This document shows positions 9,942 through 19,113 of a DNA stretch of 64,000 nt, in pieces (position 1 is the stretch's first letter; each line of letters starts with the position of its first letter). The stretch comes from Acidobacteriota bacterium. GTDB lineage: Bacteria > Acidobacteriota > UBA6911 > RPQK01 > JAJDTT01. Made by a program: the position numbers and the translations under genes. The stretch spans positions 1,376,001 to 1,440,000 of the forward strand of contig OZ242374.1 of assembly GCA_965209055.1 (NCBI GenBank), given 5' to 3'. A model generated the notes under the pieces. It made no database searches and was not told the origin of the DNA. It saw only the letters and a list, made by a program, of their open reading frames with translations.

Positions 9942-11027
9942 ATGAGCGACTTCAAGCACGCCGCGAGTCTAGGGACGCCCGGACAGACCAGGGTCGACGC
10001 CATCTCCTCGGTGGTTTCCCGCCTCAAGCTTCCCCGGACCCTCCGGCTGGGACAACCGGACCAGGTTGACTACGGCCAAGTCGTGGCGGCCCGCGTCCGG
10101 AGCGTGAATCTTTCCTATCCCGTGTTGGAGACCACCGGCAGCCGGAGTGTCCGCCTCCGGGAGGGCATGCGAATCGTCGGCGCGCTGGGCGCCCGCCGGG
10201 CACTCCACGGGTTCTCGGGACGTTTGCCGGAGCGGCTCGTCCCGGGAGCGGGCTTCCACCTTCTGAACAAAGGGGGCGTGATGGGCGAATGCACCGCCTT
10301 TCATCGCGCCCTGGGATGGCCGGCGGCACTCGAGTATCTGGGGACCGTACGCCGGAACGGAGGGTACCTGAGTCTTCGGGACGGCGCTCTTCCCTCGCTA
10401 TCCCATTCCCTTCCCCGAATTCCCGTGATCCTGGTGCTGGGAACCAGCATGAACTCGGGGAAGACCGCCGTCTGCAAGCAGATCCTCCGGCTTTTCTCCC
10501 AAAAAGGCTTCAACGTCAACGCGGGCAAAGTGGCCGGAGTGGCAGCGCGCGCCGACCTGGATGCGATGCGCAAGAGCGGGGCCGGGCGGGTCTTGAGCTT
10601 TCATGACCTGGGACTTCCCTCCAGCGCCCACTTGTCCGATCTCTCCACCGTCGCCCGGTCTCTGGTGCACCACTTGTCCTCCCCGGCGCCCGACTTCGCC
10701 CTCCTGGAAGCCGGCGACGGGATTCTGGGCGGTTATCGCGTCGATTCCCTGCTCCGTGACGATCAGTTGCTGGAACGAATCGTTTGCGTCGTCCTGTGCG
10801 CCAATGACCTGATGGGCGTCTGGGGATCCCTGGAGTGGTTGCGCCAGCAAGGTCACGACCCCCAGGGATTGTCGCTTCTGGTGTCCGGCCCCGCCACCGA
10901 CAGCGCCGAGGGAATCCGGTACGTCGAGCGGCATTTCCAGGTCCCTGCGGCCAATGCCTTCGAGAGTTCCGGAAAACTGTGCACCTTCATCCTGGAACGG
11001 TTGATACCATGGTCAAGATCGGCATAG
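9942..11027 (+). CDS. Uncharacterised P-loop (DUF1611-like) protein, first gene of the arg operon
   Basis: 361 aa with P-loop-like GTSMNSGKT, GKVAGV and LLEAGDG. It overlaps the argC start by 19 nt. The family assignment rests on motif resemblance only. Confidence 0.75.
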   Translation: MSDFKHAASLGTPGQTRVDAISSVVSRLKLPRTLRLGQPDQVDYGQVVAARVRSVNLSYPVLETTGSRSVRLREGMRIVGALGARRALHGFSGRLPERLVPGAGFHLLNKGGVMGECTAFHRALGWPAALEYLGTVRRNGGYLSLRDGALPSLSHSLPRIPVILVLGTSMNSGKTAVCKQILRLFSQKGFNVNAGKVAGVAARADLDAMRKSGAGRVLSFHDLGLPSSAHLSDLSTVARSLVHHLSSPAPDFALLEAGDGILGGYRVDSLLRDDQLLERIVCVVLCANDLMGVWGSLEWLRQQGHDPQGLSLLVSGPATDSAEGIRYVERHFQVPAANAFESSGKLCTFILERLIPWSRSA

Positions 11028-12019
11028 CCGGCGGGTCGGGATACAGCGGCGGGGAACTGATCCGCAATCTGGCCAAACATCCCCAGGCACAGTTGCGCTG
11101 GATCTCCTCCCGGCAGTTTACCGGCCAACCCGTGGCCTCCCTCTATCCCAACCTGCGGGGATTCGTGGATTGCCGTTTCGACAGTCTGGATTCTCTTCCG
11201 GACACGGATCTGGACGTCCTTTTCCTGGCGTTGCCCCACGGCCATGCCATGAAGATCCTGCCGCGGCTTCCCCGCGACCTGGTCGTCATCGACCTGAGCG
11301 GGGATTTTCGCATTTCCGATGCCGCCGTCTTCGAGCAGCACTACGGAATTCCCCAGGAGGCGCCGCAACATCAGTCATCGTTCGTCTATGGACTTCCCGA
11401 GATTCTTCGGGACCGGATCCGCCGGAGCTCGCGGGTCGCCAATCCAGGCTGCTTCGCCACCGCAACCATTCTTGCCCTCCACCCCCTATACCGGGAGGGG
11501 TGGGTCAAGGGACCCGTTTTCGTTGACACCAAGACCGGATCTTCCGGGGCCGGGCGGGGACCCGGCGCCAAGACCCACCACCCCCGGCGGAGCAACAGCT
11601 TCTTTCCCTACAAGCCGTTTCGCCACCAGCACGTGGCCGAAATCTCGCAGCTCCTGGACACCGCCGCCCATCCGCTGGTCTTCCAGACCTATTCCACACC
11701 CCTGGTCCGGGGCATTTTTGCCAGCCACTACATGGAATTGGACCGGCCGCTGCGGGATGACGAGGTCCGGGACCTCTACTCCGGCTACTACGGAGATGAG
11801 TTCTTCGTTCGATGGGCCGGGAAAGATCCGGATATCAACTTCGTCCGCAACGGGAACTTCGTGGATCTGGGGGCCGCCCACGACGACCGGTTCCTCATTG
11901 TCTGGTCGACGCTGGACAATCTTCAAAAAGGGGCCGCCGGCCAGGCCATTCAGAATATGAACCTGATCTGCGGCCTCCCGGAAACCATGGGACTCGATTT
12001 CCCTCCGTCGCACCCGTGA
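11009..12019 (+). CDS. argC: N-acetyl-gamma-glutamyl-phosphate reductase
   Basis: GGSGYSGGEL, FLALPHG, IDLSGDFR, YGLPE, VANPGCFAT (catalytic Cys) and DNLQKGAAGQAIQNMN. Confidence 0.93.
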   Translation: MVKIGIAGGSGYSGGELIRNLAKHPQAQLRWISSRQFTGQPVASLYPNLRGFVDCRFDSLDSLPDTDLDVLFLALPHGHAMKILPRLPRDLVVIDLSGDFRISDAAVFEQHYGIPQEAPQHQSSFVYGLPEILRDRIRRSSRVANPGCFATATILALHPLYREGWVKGPVFVDTKTGSSGAGRGPGAKTHHPRRSNSFFPYKPFRHQHVAEISQLLDTAAHPLVFQTYSTPLVRGIFASHYMELDRPLRDDEVRDLYSGYYGDEFFVRWAGKDPDINFVRNGNFVDLGAAHDDRFLIVWSTLDNLQKGAAGQAIQNMNLICGLPETMGLDFPPSHP

Positions 12020-12045
12020 CGGACCCCACTCGACAGGGAGAGAAA

Positions 12046-13215
12046 ATGGGAGAAACTGCCAACACCGTCATGGAAACGGAGGACCGTTACCAGCTCAAGA
12101 CCTACGCCAAACTACCGTTGGTGCTGGACCGGGGCCGAGGCTGCCATGTCTATGACCAGGACGGAAACGAATACCTGGACCTGTACGGCGGTCACGCCGT
12201 GGTCTCGACCGGCCACTGCCACCCGCGGGTGGTGGAAGCCCTGCGCACTCAGGCCGAGGACATTCTCTTCTATTCCAACGTGGTCTACAGTTCCGTGCGG
12301 GCTCGGGCGGCAAAGAAGTTGATGGAACTGGCGGGACCGCCCTACTGGCAGGCGTTCCTGGCCAATTCGGGCAGCGAGGCCAACGAGAACGCCATCAAGT
12401 TGGCGCGCGCCCTGACCGGCCGGGCCACGGTGATCTCCCTGTCCGACTCCTTTCACGGACGCACCTACGGGAGTCTTTCCAGCACCGGCGTTTCCAATTA
12501 TGCAGCGTATCTGAACACACCCGTCCCCGGTCATCGAATTCTGGATCTCCAGGATGTCGCCGATTCGGTCGATTCGGATACGGCGGCCGTCCTGCTGGAG
12601 CCGATCCGGAGCATGGGGGGAGTGGAGGAAGTCCCGGAGGAGACTCTCCGTGAGATCCACGACGCCTGCCGGACGCATGGGGCCTTCCTCATTTTCGACG
12701 AGGTTCAGACCGGAGTCGGGCGAACCGGCAGCTTCCTTTACGCCGGCACCGGCGGAATCTACCCCGAGATGGTCACCCTGGCCAAGGGGATCGCGTCGGG
12801 CGTTCCCGCCAGTGCGCTTCTGGTGACCCGCGAGGTGGCGGATCAGGTGCGGTCCGGAGACATGGGAGCGACCTTCGGCGGAGCTCCCGTCGCCTGCGCC
12901 GCCATGGAAGCCACGCTTCAGGTTCTGGAAGAGGAAGACCTCATCCGGAATGCGGCCCGGATCGGCAACTATCTGCGGGAGCAGTTGGAAGGCTTGCCCT
13001 GGGTCACGGAGGTCCGGGGGAAAGGGCTCCTGCTCGGCATCAAGATATCCGGGGGCACGGCCAAGGATCTGGGACGATTCCTGCGGACCCGGAGGATCCT
13101 GACCGGAACCTCCAGCGATCCGTCGGTGCTCCGTCTCATGCCGCCGCTCACTCTTGCACGCGAACAGGCCGACACTTTCCTGGAGGCGATCCGCAGTTAT
13201 GAACCTGGTCATTAA
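12046..13215 (+). CDS. argD: Acetylornithine aminotransferase (class III)
   Basis: NSGSEANENAIK, SFHGRT, FDEVQTGVGRTG and TLAKG. Lies between argC and argB. Confidence 0.9.
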   Translation: MGETANTVMETEDRYQLKTYAKLPLVLDRGRGCHVYDQDGNEYLDLYGGHAVVSTGHCHPRVVEALRTQAEDILFYSNVVYSSVRARAAKKLMELAGPPYWQAFLANSGSEANENAIKLARALTGRATVISLSDSFHGRTYGSLSSTGVSNYAAYLNTPVPGHRILDLQDVADSVDSDTAAVLLEPIRSMGGVEEVPEETLREIHDACRTHGAFLIFDEVQTGVGRTGSFLYAGTGGIYPEMVTLAKGIASGVPASALLVTREVADQVRSGDMGATFGGAPVACAAMEATLQVLEEEDLIRNAARIGNYLREQLEGLPWVTEVRGKGLLLGIKISGGTAKDLGRFLRTRRILTGTSSDPSVLRLMPPLTLAREQADTFLEAIRSYEPGH

Positions 13216-14014
13216 GCTGAGCGGCAAGGTCCTGGAACAGGAGGACTTCCGCCGGGCTCTCAGCCGCCAGATCACGTCCCTGGTTCGCGCGCCTCACCGG
13301 GTCCTTTTGATCCACGGAGGCGGCAAGCAGCTCTCCAGCCTCTGCGAACGGCTGGGGATTCCGGTGGTGCAGCACGAGGGCCGCCGGGTGACCGACGAAC
13401 CGACGTTGGACGCGGCCAAGATGGTCTTCTCGGCCGCCAACCGGGACCTGGTCGCGTCGTTGAATTCCTGCGGCGCCAGAGCCCTCGGCTTTGCCAGCTT
13501 CGATGCCGGACTGGTCCGCTGCCGCCGCCGGGGACCGATCCCGGTGCGGACGGCCGGGAGCAACGGTGCCGAGAAACGGCTTGTGGATTTCGGTCTCGTG
13601 GGAGAGATCGAGAGTGTGGACCCTCGCCTGATAAAAGATCTCTGGACAGCGAATCTGCTCCCGGTGGTGAGCTGTCTGTGCGCAACCGGTGACGGCCGGA
13701 TTCTCAATATCAACGCCGACACCCTGGCGGCGCGACTCGCCACGGCGTTGCGGGCCGACCGCCTCGTGTCGGTGACCGACGTGGAAGGTCTCTATCTGGA
13801 TGACTTTCGCGAGACCGTTCCCCGGCTGACCGCGGGGGAGGTCCGAATGCACCTGCGGTCCGGCGCCATCAGCGGCGGAATGATCCCCAAGATGCAGACG
13901 GCCTTGAAGGCACTGGAGCAGCAGATTCCCATGGTGCAGATCGTGGGCGGATTGTCGCCCAACGGGCTGATCCGGGGAATCGAGGGGGCGGCAGGAACCA
14001 GCATCGTCCCCTGA
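13199..14014 (+). CDS. argB: Acetylglutamate kinase
   Basis: VIKLSG, IHGGGK, GRRVTD, NINADT, TDVEG and GGMIPK. No fused GNAT domain. Confidence 0.93.
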   Translation: MNLVIKLSGKVLEQEDFRRALSRQITSLVRAPHRVLLIHGGGKQLSSLCERLGIPVVQHEGRRVTDEPTLDAAKMVFSAANRDLVASLNSCGARALGFASFDAGLVRCRRRGPIPVRTAGSNGAEKRLVDFGLVGEIESVDPRLIKDLWTANLLPVVSCLCATGDGRILNINADTLAARLATALRADRLVSVTDVEGLYLDDFRETVPRLTAGEVRMHLRSGAISGGMIPKMQTALKALEQQIPMVQIVGGLSPNGLIRGIEGAAGTSIVP

Positions 14015-14042
14015 CGATATGCCGGCTCCGGACAGGTCCAGG

Positions 14043-15542
14043 TCAGGCGCCCAGAGCCAGAGAGGGCCTCACCAAACCCAACTCCTGCTCCAAAACGTGC
14101 GCCACCCTCAGTAGCCGGCCTTCCTTGAAGTGGGGGCCCAGCAACTGCAGTCCGATGGGCACTCCCTCAGCCGTGTAGCCGCAAGTTGTGGCCACTCCGG
14201 GAATGCCCGCCAGGTTGGCAGTGACCGTATACACATCCGACAAGTACATCTCCAAGGGATCGGCGGTCTTGTCGCCCTGCGGAAAGGGCAGCGACGGGGC
14301 GGTGGGACCCATCAGGACGTCCGCCCGCTCGAATGCTCTGAAGTAGTCCTCCTTGATCAGGGTTCGGACCTTGCTGGCCTTGAGGTAGTACGCATCGTAG
14401 TACCCGGCGCTCAAGACATAGGTCCCGATCATGATCCGCCGCTTGACTTCGTCTCCGAATCCTTCGTTGCGGCTGTTCCGGTAGGTTTCCTCCAGGGCCC
14501 CGGACCTGCTGCTCCGATGGCCGTATCGCATTCCGTCGTAGCGAGCCAGATTCGAGCTGGCCTCGGCCAGTGCGATGATGTAGTAGGTGGCAATCGCGAA
14601 CTCCGTATGGGGCAGATCGACCTCCACGACCTCGCATCCGGCCGCCTCCAGCCTGGCTGCCGCGCGCCGGACCGCGGTTTCGATCCGCGGGTCCAGACCG
14701 GAAGCGAACCACTCCACCGGAAGACCGATCCTCAGGCCCCGGATGTCCCCGTCCAGGGCCGCTACGTAATCGTCCGGCGGCCGCCGTGCGGAGGTCGAGT
14801 CCAATGGATCGTAGCCGGATACGACCTGCAGAATCATGGCCGCGTCACGTGCGGTGCGGGCCAGCGGTCCAATCTGGTCCAGTGAGGAGGCAAAGGCCAC
14901 CAGCCCGTAGCGGGAAACCCTTCCGTAGGTCGGTTTCAAACCGACGACGCCACAGAAGGCGGCAGGCTGGCGAATCGAGCCGCCGGTGTCGCTTCCCAGG
15001 GCGCCCGGCGCCTCGAGCGCAGCCACCGCCGCGGCCGATCCTCCGCTTGACCCGCCGGGAACCCGGTTGAGGTCCCAGGGATTGCGGGTGGGGAAGAAAC
15101 CCGAGTTCTCGGTGGTGGAACCCATGGCGAACTCGTCCAGGTTGGTCTTTCCCAGAATCAGCCCTCCGCCGGCCCGGAGACGGGCGACCGATGTGGCTTC
15201 GTAGGGGGGAACGTAACGCTCCAGAATCCGGGACCCGCAGGTCGTCCGCATTCCCCGGGTGACGATATTGTCCTTCACGGCCAAGGGAATCCCGGTCAAC
15301 AGGCCGACCTCCCGTTCTCCCGAAGCCAGAGCTTGATCCAGCGCCCGGGCCTCTTCCAGCAGAGTCTCCGCAGCCAGGCTGAGGAAGGCCTGGACCTTGG
15401 GATCGCGGGACCGGATCCGCCGCAGGTAGGCCTCGGCGATTTCCAACGACGAGATCTGCCGGTTCCTGATTCCCCGGTGCAGTTGGGCAATGGACAGATC
15501 GCAGATTTCGGACGACGGCCGGGGCGACTCGTATTCCATCAC
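14043..15542 (-). CDS. gatA: Asp/Glu-tRNA amidotransferase subunit A
   Basis: Amidase signature GKTNLDEFAMGS, PGGSSGGSAAAVA, GSDTGGSIRQPA and EVKRRIMIGT. Confidence 0.97.
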   Translation of the reverse strand: MMEYESPRPSSEICDLSIAQLHRGIRNRQISSLEIAEAYLRRIRSRDPKVQAFLSLAAETLLEEARALDQALASGEREVGLLTGIPLAVKDNIVTRGMRTTCGSRILERYVPPYEATSVARLRAGGGLILGKTNLDEFAMGSTTENSGFFPTRNPWDLNRVPGGSSGGSAAAVAALEAPGALGSDTGGSIRQPAAFCGVVGLKPTYGRVSRYGLVAFASSLDQIGPLARTARDAAMILQVVSGYDPLDSTSARRPPDDYVAALDGDIRGLRIGLPVEWFASGLDPRIETAVRRAAARLEAAGCEVVEVDLPHTEFAIATYYIIALAEASSNLARYDGMRYGHRSSRSGALEETYRNSRNEGFGDEVKRRIMIGTYVLSAGYYDAYYLKASKVRTLIKEDYFRAFERADVLMGPTAPSLPFPQGDKTADPLEMYLSDVYTVTANLAGIPGVATTCGYTAEGVPIGLQLLGPHFKEGRLLRVAHVLEQELGLVRPSLALGA

Positions 15543-15835
15543 TCGATGACCCTGGGCACCCGGAAGTACCCCTTTCGGGCCTTGGGCGCCCCCTCAAGGA
15601 CGGCCTCCGGCGCCAGAGAGGGCCGGGTCCGGTCGGGACGAACGGCACCCTCGTCCGGGATCTCCGCCAAGCCGTGGTAGGTCGGCTCCACACCTTCCGT
15701 GTCCACCTGCTGGAGTTGTTCGAAATAGTCCAGAATCCGTTGAAATTGGCCGACGAACCGTTCCAGCTCACCGGGCGAGAACTCGAGATGGGCCAATTCG
15801 GCGATTCTTCGGACCTCTTTGGGAGTAATGCTCAT
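15539..15835 (-). CDS. gatC: Asp/Glu-tRNA amidotransferase subunit C
   Basis: 98 aa with IAELAHLE...VDTEGVEPT...YFRVPRVIE, overlapping the gatA start. Confidence 0.94.
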   Translation of the reverse strand: MSITPKEVRRIAELAHLEFSPGELERFVGQFQRILDYFEQLQQVDTEGVEPTYHGLAEIPDEGAVRPDRTRPSLAPEAVLEGAPKARKGYFRVPRVIE

Positions 15836-16788
15836 GGGACCCTCTTGTCGAGAACCGAATCCGACTTCATTCCGTACTTGCGGGCCAGCCGCACATCCGA
15901 TCCAAGTTGCCGTTTCAAGGCATCGAGATTGGAGAACCGCCTTTCCGAACGCAGCCTGAACCAGAAATCGAGCGCCATGGACTCTCCATAGAGGTCGCAG
16001 TCCGCATCCAGCAAGTAGGTCTCGACCACCGGCCTGGCCGCGGGTTCGCCCAATGTGGGCCGGTAGCCGACGTTTGTAGCGCCGACAAAAACAGCGCCGT
16101 TGACCGTCGCTCGAGTCACATAGACCCCGGTTGCCGGTATGAGTTCGCTGGCGGGCTGAAGGTTCGCTGTCGGGAAACCCAGGTCGGCGCCTCTGCCCGA
16201 TCCCCTCACCACCGTTCCCAGAATCTGATAGGGCCGGTTCAGGAGGCGCCGGCAGAGCGCCACCCTCCCTTGGCCCAAGTGCTTGCGGACGACCGTGCTG
16301 CTGACACGCCGCCCCCGGAAACGAACCGAATCGATGGCAAAGACATGGAACCCGAACTTCCGCCCCAGGGATTCCAGGGTCTTGAAATCGCCTGTTCTCC
16401 CGTACCCGAAACGAAAGTTGCTCCCCACGTGGATCTCCTTGACGCCACGGGAACCCAGGACGTCCCTGACGAAACGCTCCGGACTGAATCGGGAGACCTG
16501 CCGGCTGAAGGGGTACCGAACCAGGATGTCCAAACCCAACTCTTCGAGGAGCCGATGCTTCTGCACCGGCAACTGCAGGAGGGAAGGCGCATCCGCGGGT
16601 GAAATGATCTTCTGGGGATGAGGGGAGAAGGTGAGGAGGATCCCGGTCCCGTTTACTTCCCGAGCCCGCTGAACCACCCGTCTGACAATCGCCTGGTGCC
16701 CCAGGTGGAGTCCGTCGAAAACTCCTATCGTGGCCACCGGATAGGGCAACCCGGGAGGAAGTTTGTTCAGGTCGTCAATGATCTGCAT
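15832..16788 (-). CDS. ribF: Bifunctional riboflavin kinase/FAD synthetase
   Basis: TIGVFDGLHLGHQ, VGSNFRFG, VSST and LGFPTAN. Confidence 0.96.
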   Translation of the reverse strand: MQIIDDLNKLPPGLPYPVATIGVFDGLHLGHQAIVRRVVQRAREVNGTGILLTFSPHPQKIISPADAPSLLQLPVQKHRLLEELGLDILVRYPFSRQVSRFSPERFVRDVLGSRGVKEIHVGSNFRFGYGRTGDFKTLESLGRKFGFHVFAIDSVRFRGRRVSSTVVRKHLGQGRVALCRRLLNRPYQILGTVVRGSGRGADLGFPTANLQPASELIPATGVYVTRATVNGAVFVGATNVGYRPTLGEPAARPVVETYLLDADCDLYGESMALDFWFRLRSERRFSNLDALKRQLGSDVRLARKYGMKSDSVLDKRVP

Positions 16789-16829
16789 GTTCCTTCACAG
16801 TCCGTGGGAGGCCGCGGCTGCGGCTCGAG

Positions 16830-17585
16830 TCATACCTCCAGGACAAGACCGTCATGGGCCAGACTGACTGAATCCGGCAGGTAGGCATTCCCCTCGTCAT
16901 GATCCACCTCGTGGCAGATATGGACCAGGTAGGTTCGCTCGGGCCGAATGCGAGCCGCCGCCTCGACGGCTTCGGACAGACTGAAATGCGTTGGATGACT
17001 CTGGTAACGAAGACCGTCCAGCACCAGGCACTCCACCCCCTGCAGACGCTCGAAGCTGACCTCCGGAATGTAGCTCACATCGGTCAGGTACGCGAAACGT
17101 CCGATACGGAAACCCAGCACCGGCATCCGGCCATGCATGAGGTCGATGGGCTCGATCTCCAGGTCGCCCACTCGGAACCGGCCATCAACCGGAATCAACT
17201 CGACGCTGGGAACGCCGGGATATCCCTTGCCGTCGAAGAGGTGCCGAAAGGTCACCGCGATCTCTTTGAGCGTGGCCTCACTCCCATAGGCGGGCACCGT
17301 CCGCTCCGACCACATGTTGAACGGGTAGACGTCGTCGAGGCCCAGAATATGGTCCACGTGAGAATGGGTATAGAGGAGGGCGTCGAGATGACGAACTCCG
17401 TACTTGAGCATTTGGACGCGGAAGTCGACGGAAGTATCGATGACCAGTGTCACCGTTCCCTGGATCAGAAGCGAACTGCGCAGCCGATGGTTTTTCGGAT
17501 CGTCCGACAGGCAAACCTTGCAATCACATCCGATGACGGGAATCCCGCGAGAGGTCCCGGTTCCAAGAAACGTCACCCGCATCAC
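16830..17585 (-). CDS. MBL-fold metallo-hydrolase (PhnP/YcfH-adjacent family)
   Basis: LGTGTSRGIPVIGCDCKVC, THSHVDH (HxHxDH), AYLTD and HPTH. Confidence 0.88.
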   Translation of the reverse strand: MMRVTFLGTGTSRGIPVIGCDCKVCLSDDPKNHRLRSSLLIQGTVTLVIDTSVDFRVQMLKYGVRHLDALLYTHSHVDHILGLDDVYPFNMWSERTVPAYGSEATLKEIAVTFRHLFDGKGYPGVPSVELIPVDGRFRVGDLEIEPIDLMHGRMPVLGFRIGRFAYLTDVSYIPEVSFERLQGVECLVLDGLRYQSHPTHFSLSEAVEAAARIRPERTYLVHICHEVDHDEGNAYLPDSVSLAHDGLVLEV

Positions 17586-18013
17586 AGCTTGATCGACTGG
17601 GACTGCCTCATGACACCCATCTGCATCTCGTAGATCAGGCTGTCCAACAGCTTCGACTCTTCATTCGACAGATTCCCCCGAGTCTTTTCCCTCAACACGG
17701 TCAGGACTGCGATCATCTGCCGGGCGCCAGGGATATTTTCCTCTCTCTTTCCCGATACCGGGTCGGGAATGGCGCCCAAATGAACCATGCCGGTGGTCGC
17801 CAAAGAAAGGACGAAGCCGGAAAAATCGATCTCTGCTTCAGCGGATGCCCCTCCCGCCCCGGGAGGACGCGACTCCTCGGCGTCCGTCTCGGCCGGCTTT
17901 TCCTCCACATCCTTCGCCGCCGTCTCCGGAGGTTCCGGACGCAATTCTCCATCCTCGGAGAAGATCCTCCGATCATGGACCTTGAAGCCTCCCTCGCCTG
18001 AATCTCCCGTCAT
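17582..18013 (-). CDS. DUF1844-like protein
   Basis: FKVHDRR at the N-terminus, FSGFVLSL, HLG...DP and EKTRGNLSNEE. Confidence 0.8.
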   Translation of the reverse strand: MTGDSGEGGFKVHDRRIFSEDGELRPEPPETAAKDVEEKPAETDAEESRPPGAGGASAEAEIDFSGFVLSLATTGMVHLGAIPDPVSGKREENIPGARQMIAVLTVLREKTRGNLSNEESKLLDSLIYEMQMGVMRQSQSIKL

Positions 18014-18078
18014 GGATCCGTCCCTTCTGCTTGCGTTGCTTCGGCAGCCGCTCCGTTATCCCGCGTGCCGGACAGCGG

Positions 18079-19113
18079 TCAAGGATGAAGAATGACCTTC
18101 GTGAGGCCTGGCTCGCGCGCGTACAGCCTGTCGAACATTTCCTGACCGCGCTCCAGCGGCACCGACGCGCTCAGCACCGGCCGAACCCGGATGGCGCCGC
18201 GCCGCATCATATCCAGGCAGGCAGGATAATCGTTGGAAGAGGCGCACGAGCCCAGCACGTCGATTTCCCGGGTCACGACGCTCTGCAACCCGAATCCGAC
18301 GGTCGGCGCGATATTGCCGATCAGGACAACCGTCCCTCCCTTGCGCACGCTTTCGATGGACATGGCCACGGTTTCGGCGATCCCCACCGCCTCCATGACC
18401 ACGTCTGCCCCGAGCCCGCCGGTCATCTCTCTCAGCACCGCCGGCACGTCCGTCCCGTCGCCCGATTGAATGATCTCGTCCGCGCCGAGTTCCTTCGCCA
18501 GCCGCAGGCGGTCGGCCGCCAGATCGGCCGCGAAGATCCGTCCGCAGCCCGCGCTGCGCAATGCCTGGATCGTCAGCAGGCCGATCATCCCCGCCCCCAC
18601 AACCAGTGCCTTGTCCCCCAGCGCCGGGTTGGCGCGGGCGACGGCATGCACGGCGACGGAAACGGGCTCCACCATGGCCGCCTCGTCGAAGCTGACCTCG
18701 TCAGGCACCCGGAACACAACGTGGTCCGGAACGGTCACGTACTCGGCAAACGCGCCGTGCTGCCGGTAGTCGCCGCAGGAGACACCGAGCACGCGCCGGT
18801 CCTCGCAGAGGTTCGGCCGGCCTGCTCGGCAAAAGACGCAGCTCCGGCAACAGATCATGGAGTCAAAAGTGACCCGGTCGCCAGGATCGAAAGCGCGGGC
18901 TGCGGTTCCCACCTCCGCCACGACGCCCGAAGCCTCGTGGCCCATGATCACCGGCGGGATCCGGCGCCCGGAACTGCCGTCGTAGCCGTGCACGTCGCTT
19001 CCGCAGATTCCGCACGAACGCACCCGGACCAGCACCTCGTTGGGCGCGGCGTCGGGGCTCGGGACATCCAACAGGTCCAGCTTCCTGTACTGGTTCAGGA
19101 CAAGCGCTTTCAT
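18079..19113 (-). CDS. Zinc-dependent sugar-alcohol dehydrogenase (MDR family)
   Basis: CGICGSD, GHEASG, structural zinc motif C-x2-C-x2-C-x7-C, and GAGMIG. Start at MKALVL. Confidence 0.9.
   Translation of the reverse strand: MKALVLNQYRKLDLLDVPSPDAAPNEVLVRVRSCGICGSDVHGYDGSSGRRIPPVIMGHEASGVVAEVGTAARAFDPGDRVTFDSMICCRSCVFCRAGRPNLCEDRRVLGVSCGDYRQHGAFAEYVTVPDHVVFRVPDEVSFDEAAMVEPVSVAVHAVARANPALGDKALVVGAGMIGLLTIQALRSAGCGRIFAADLAADRLRLAKELGADEIIQSGDGTDVPAVLREMTGGLGADVVMEAVGIAETVAMSIESVRKGGTVVLIGNIAPTVGFGLQSVVTREIDVLGSCASSNDYPACLDMMRRGAIRVRPVLSASVPLERGQEMFDRLYAREPGLTKVILHP

Noticed and set aside
11009-14014. LysW-dependent lysine operon (lysY-lysJ-lysZ)
   Set aside because: No lysW or lysX nearby, and ARG-box-like sites favour arginine biosynthesis.
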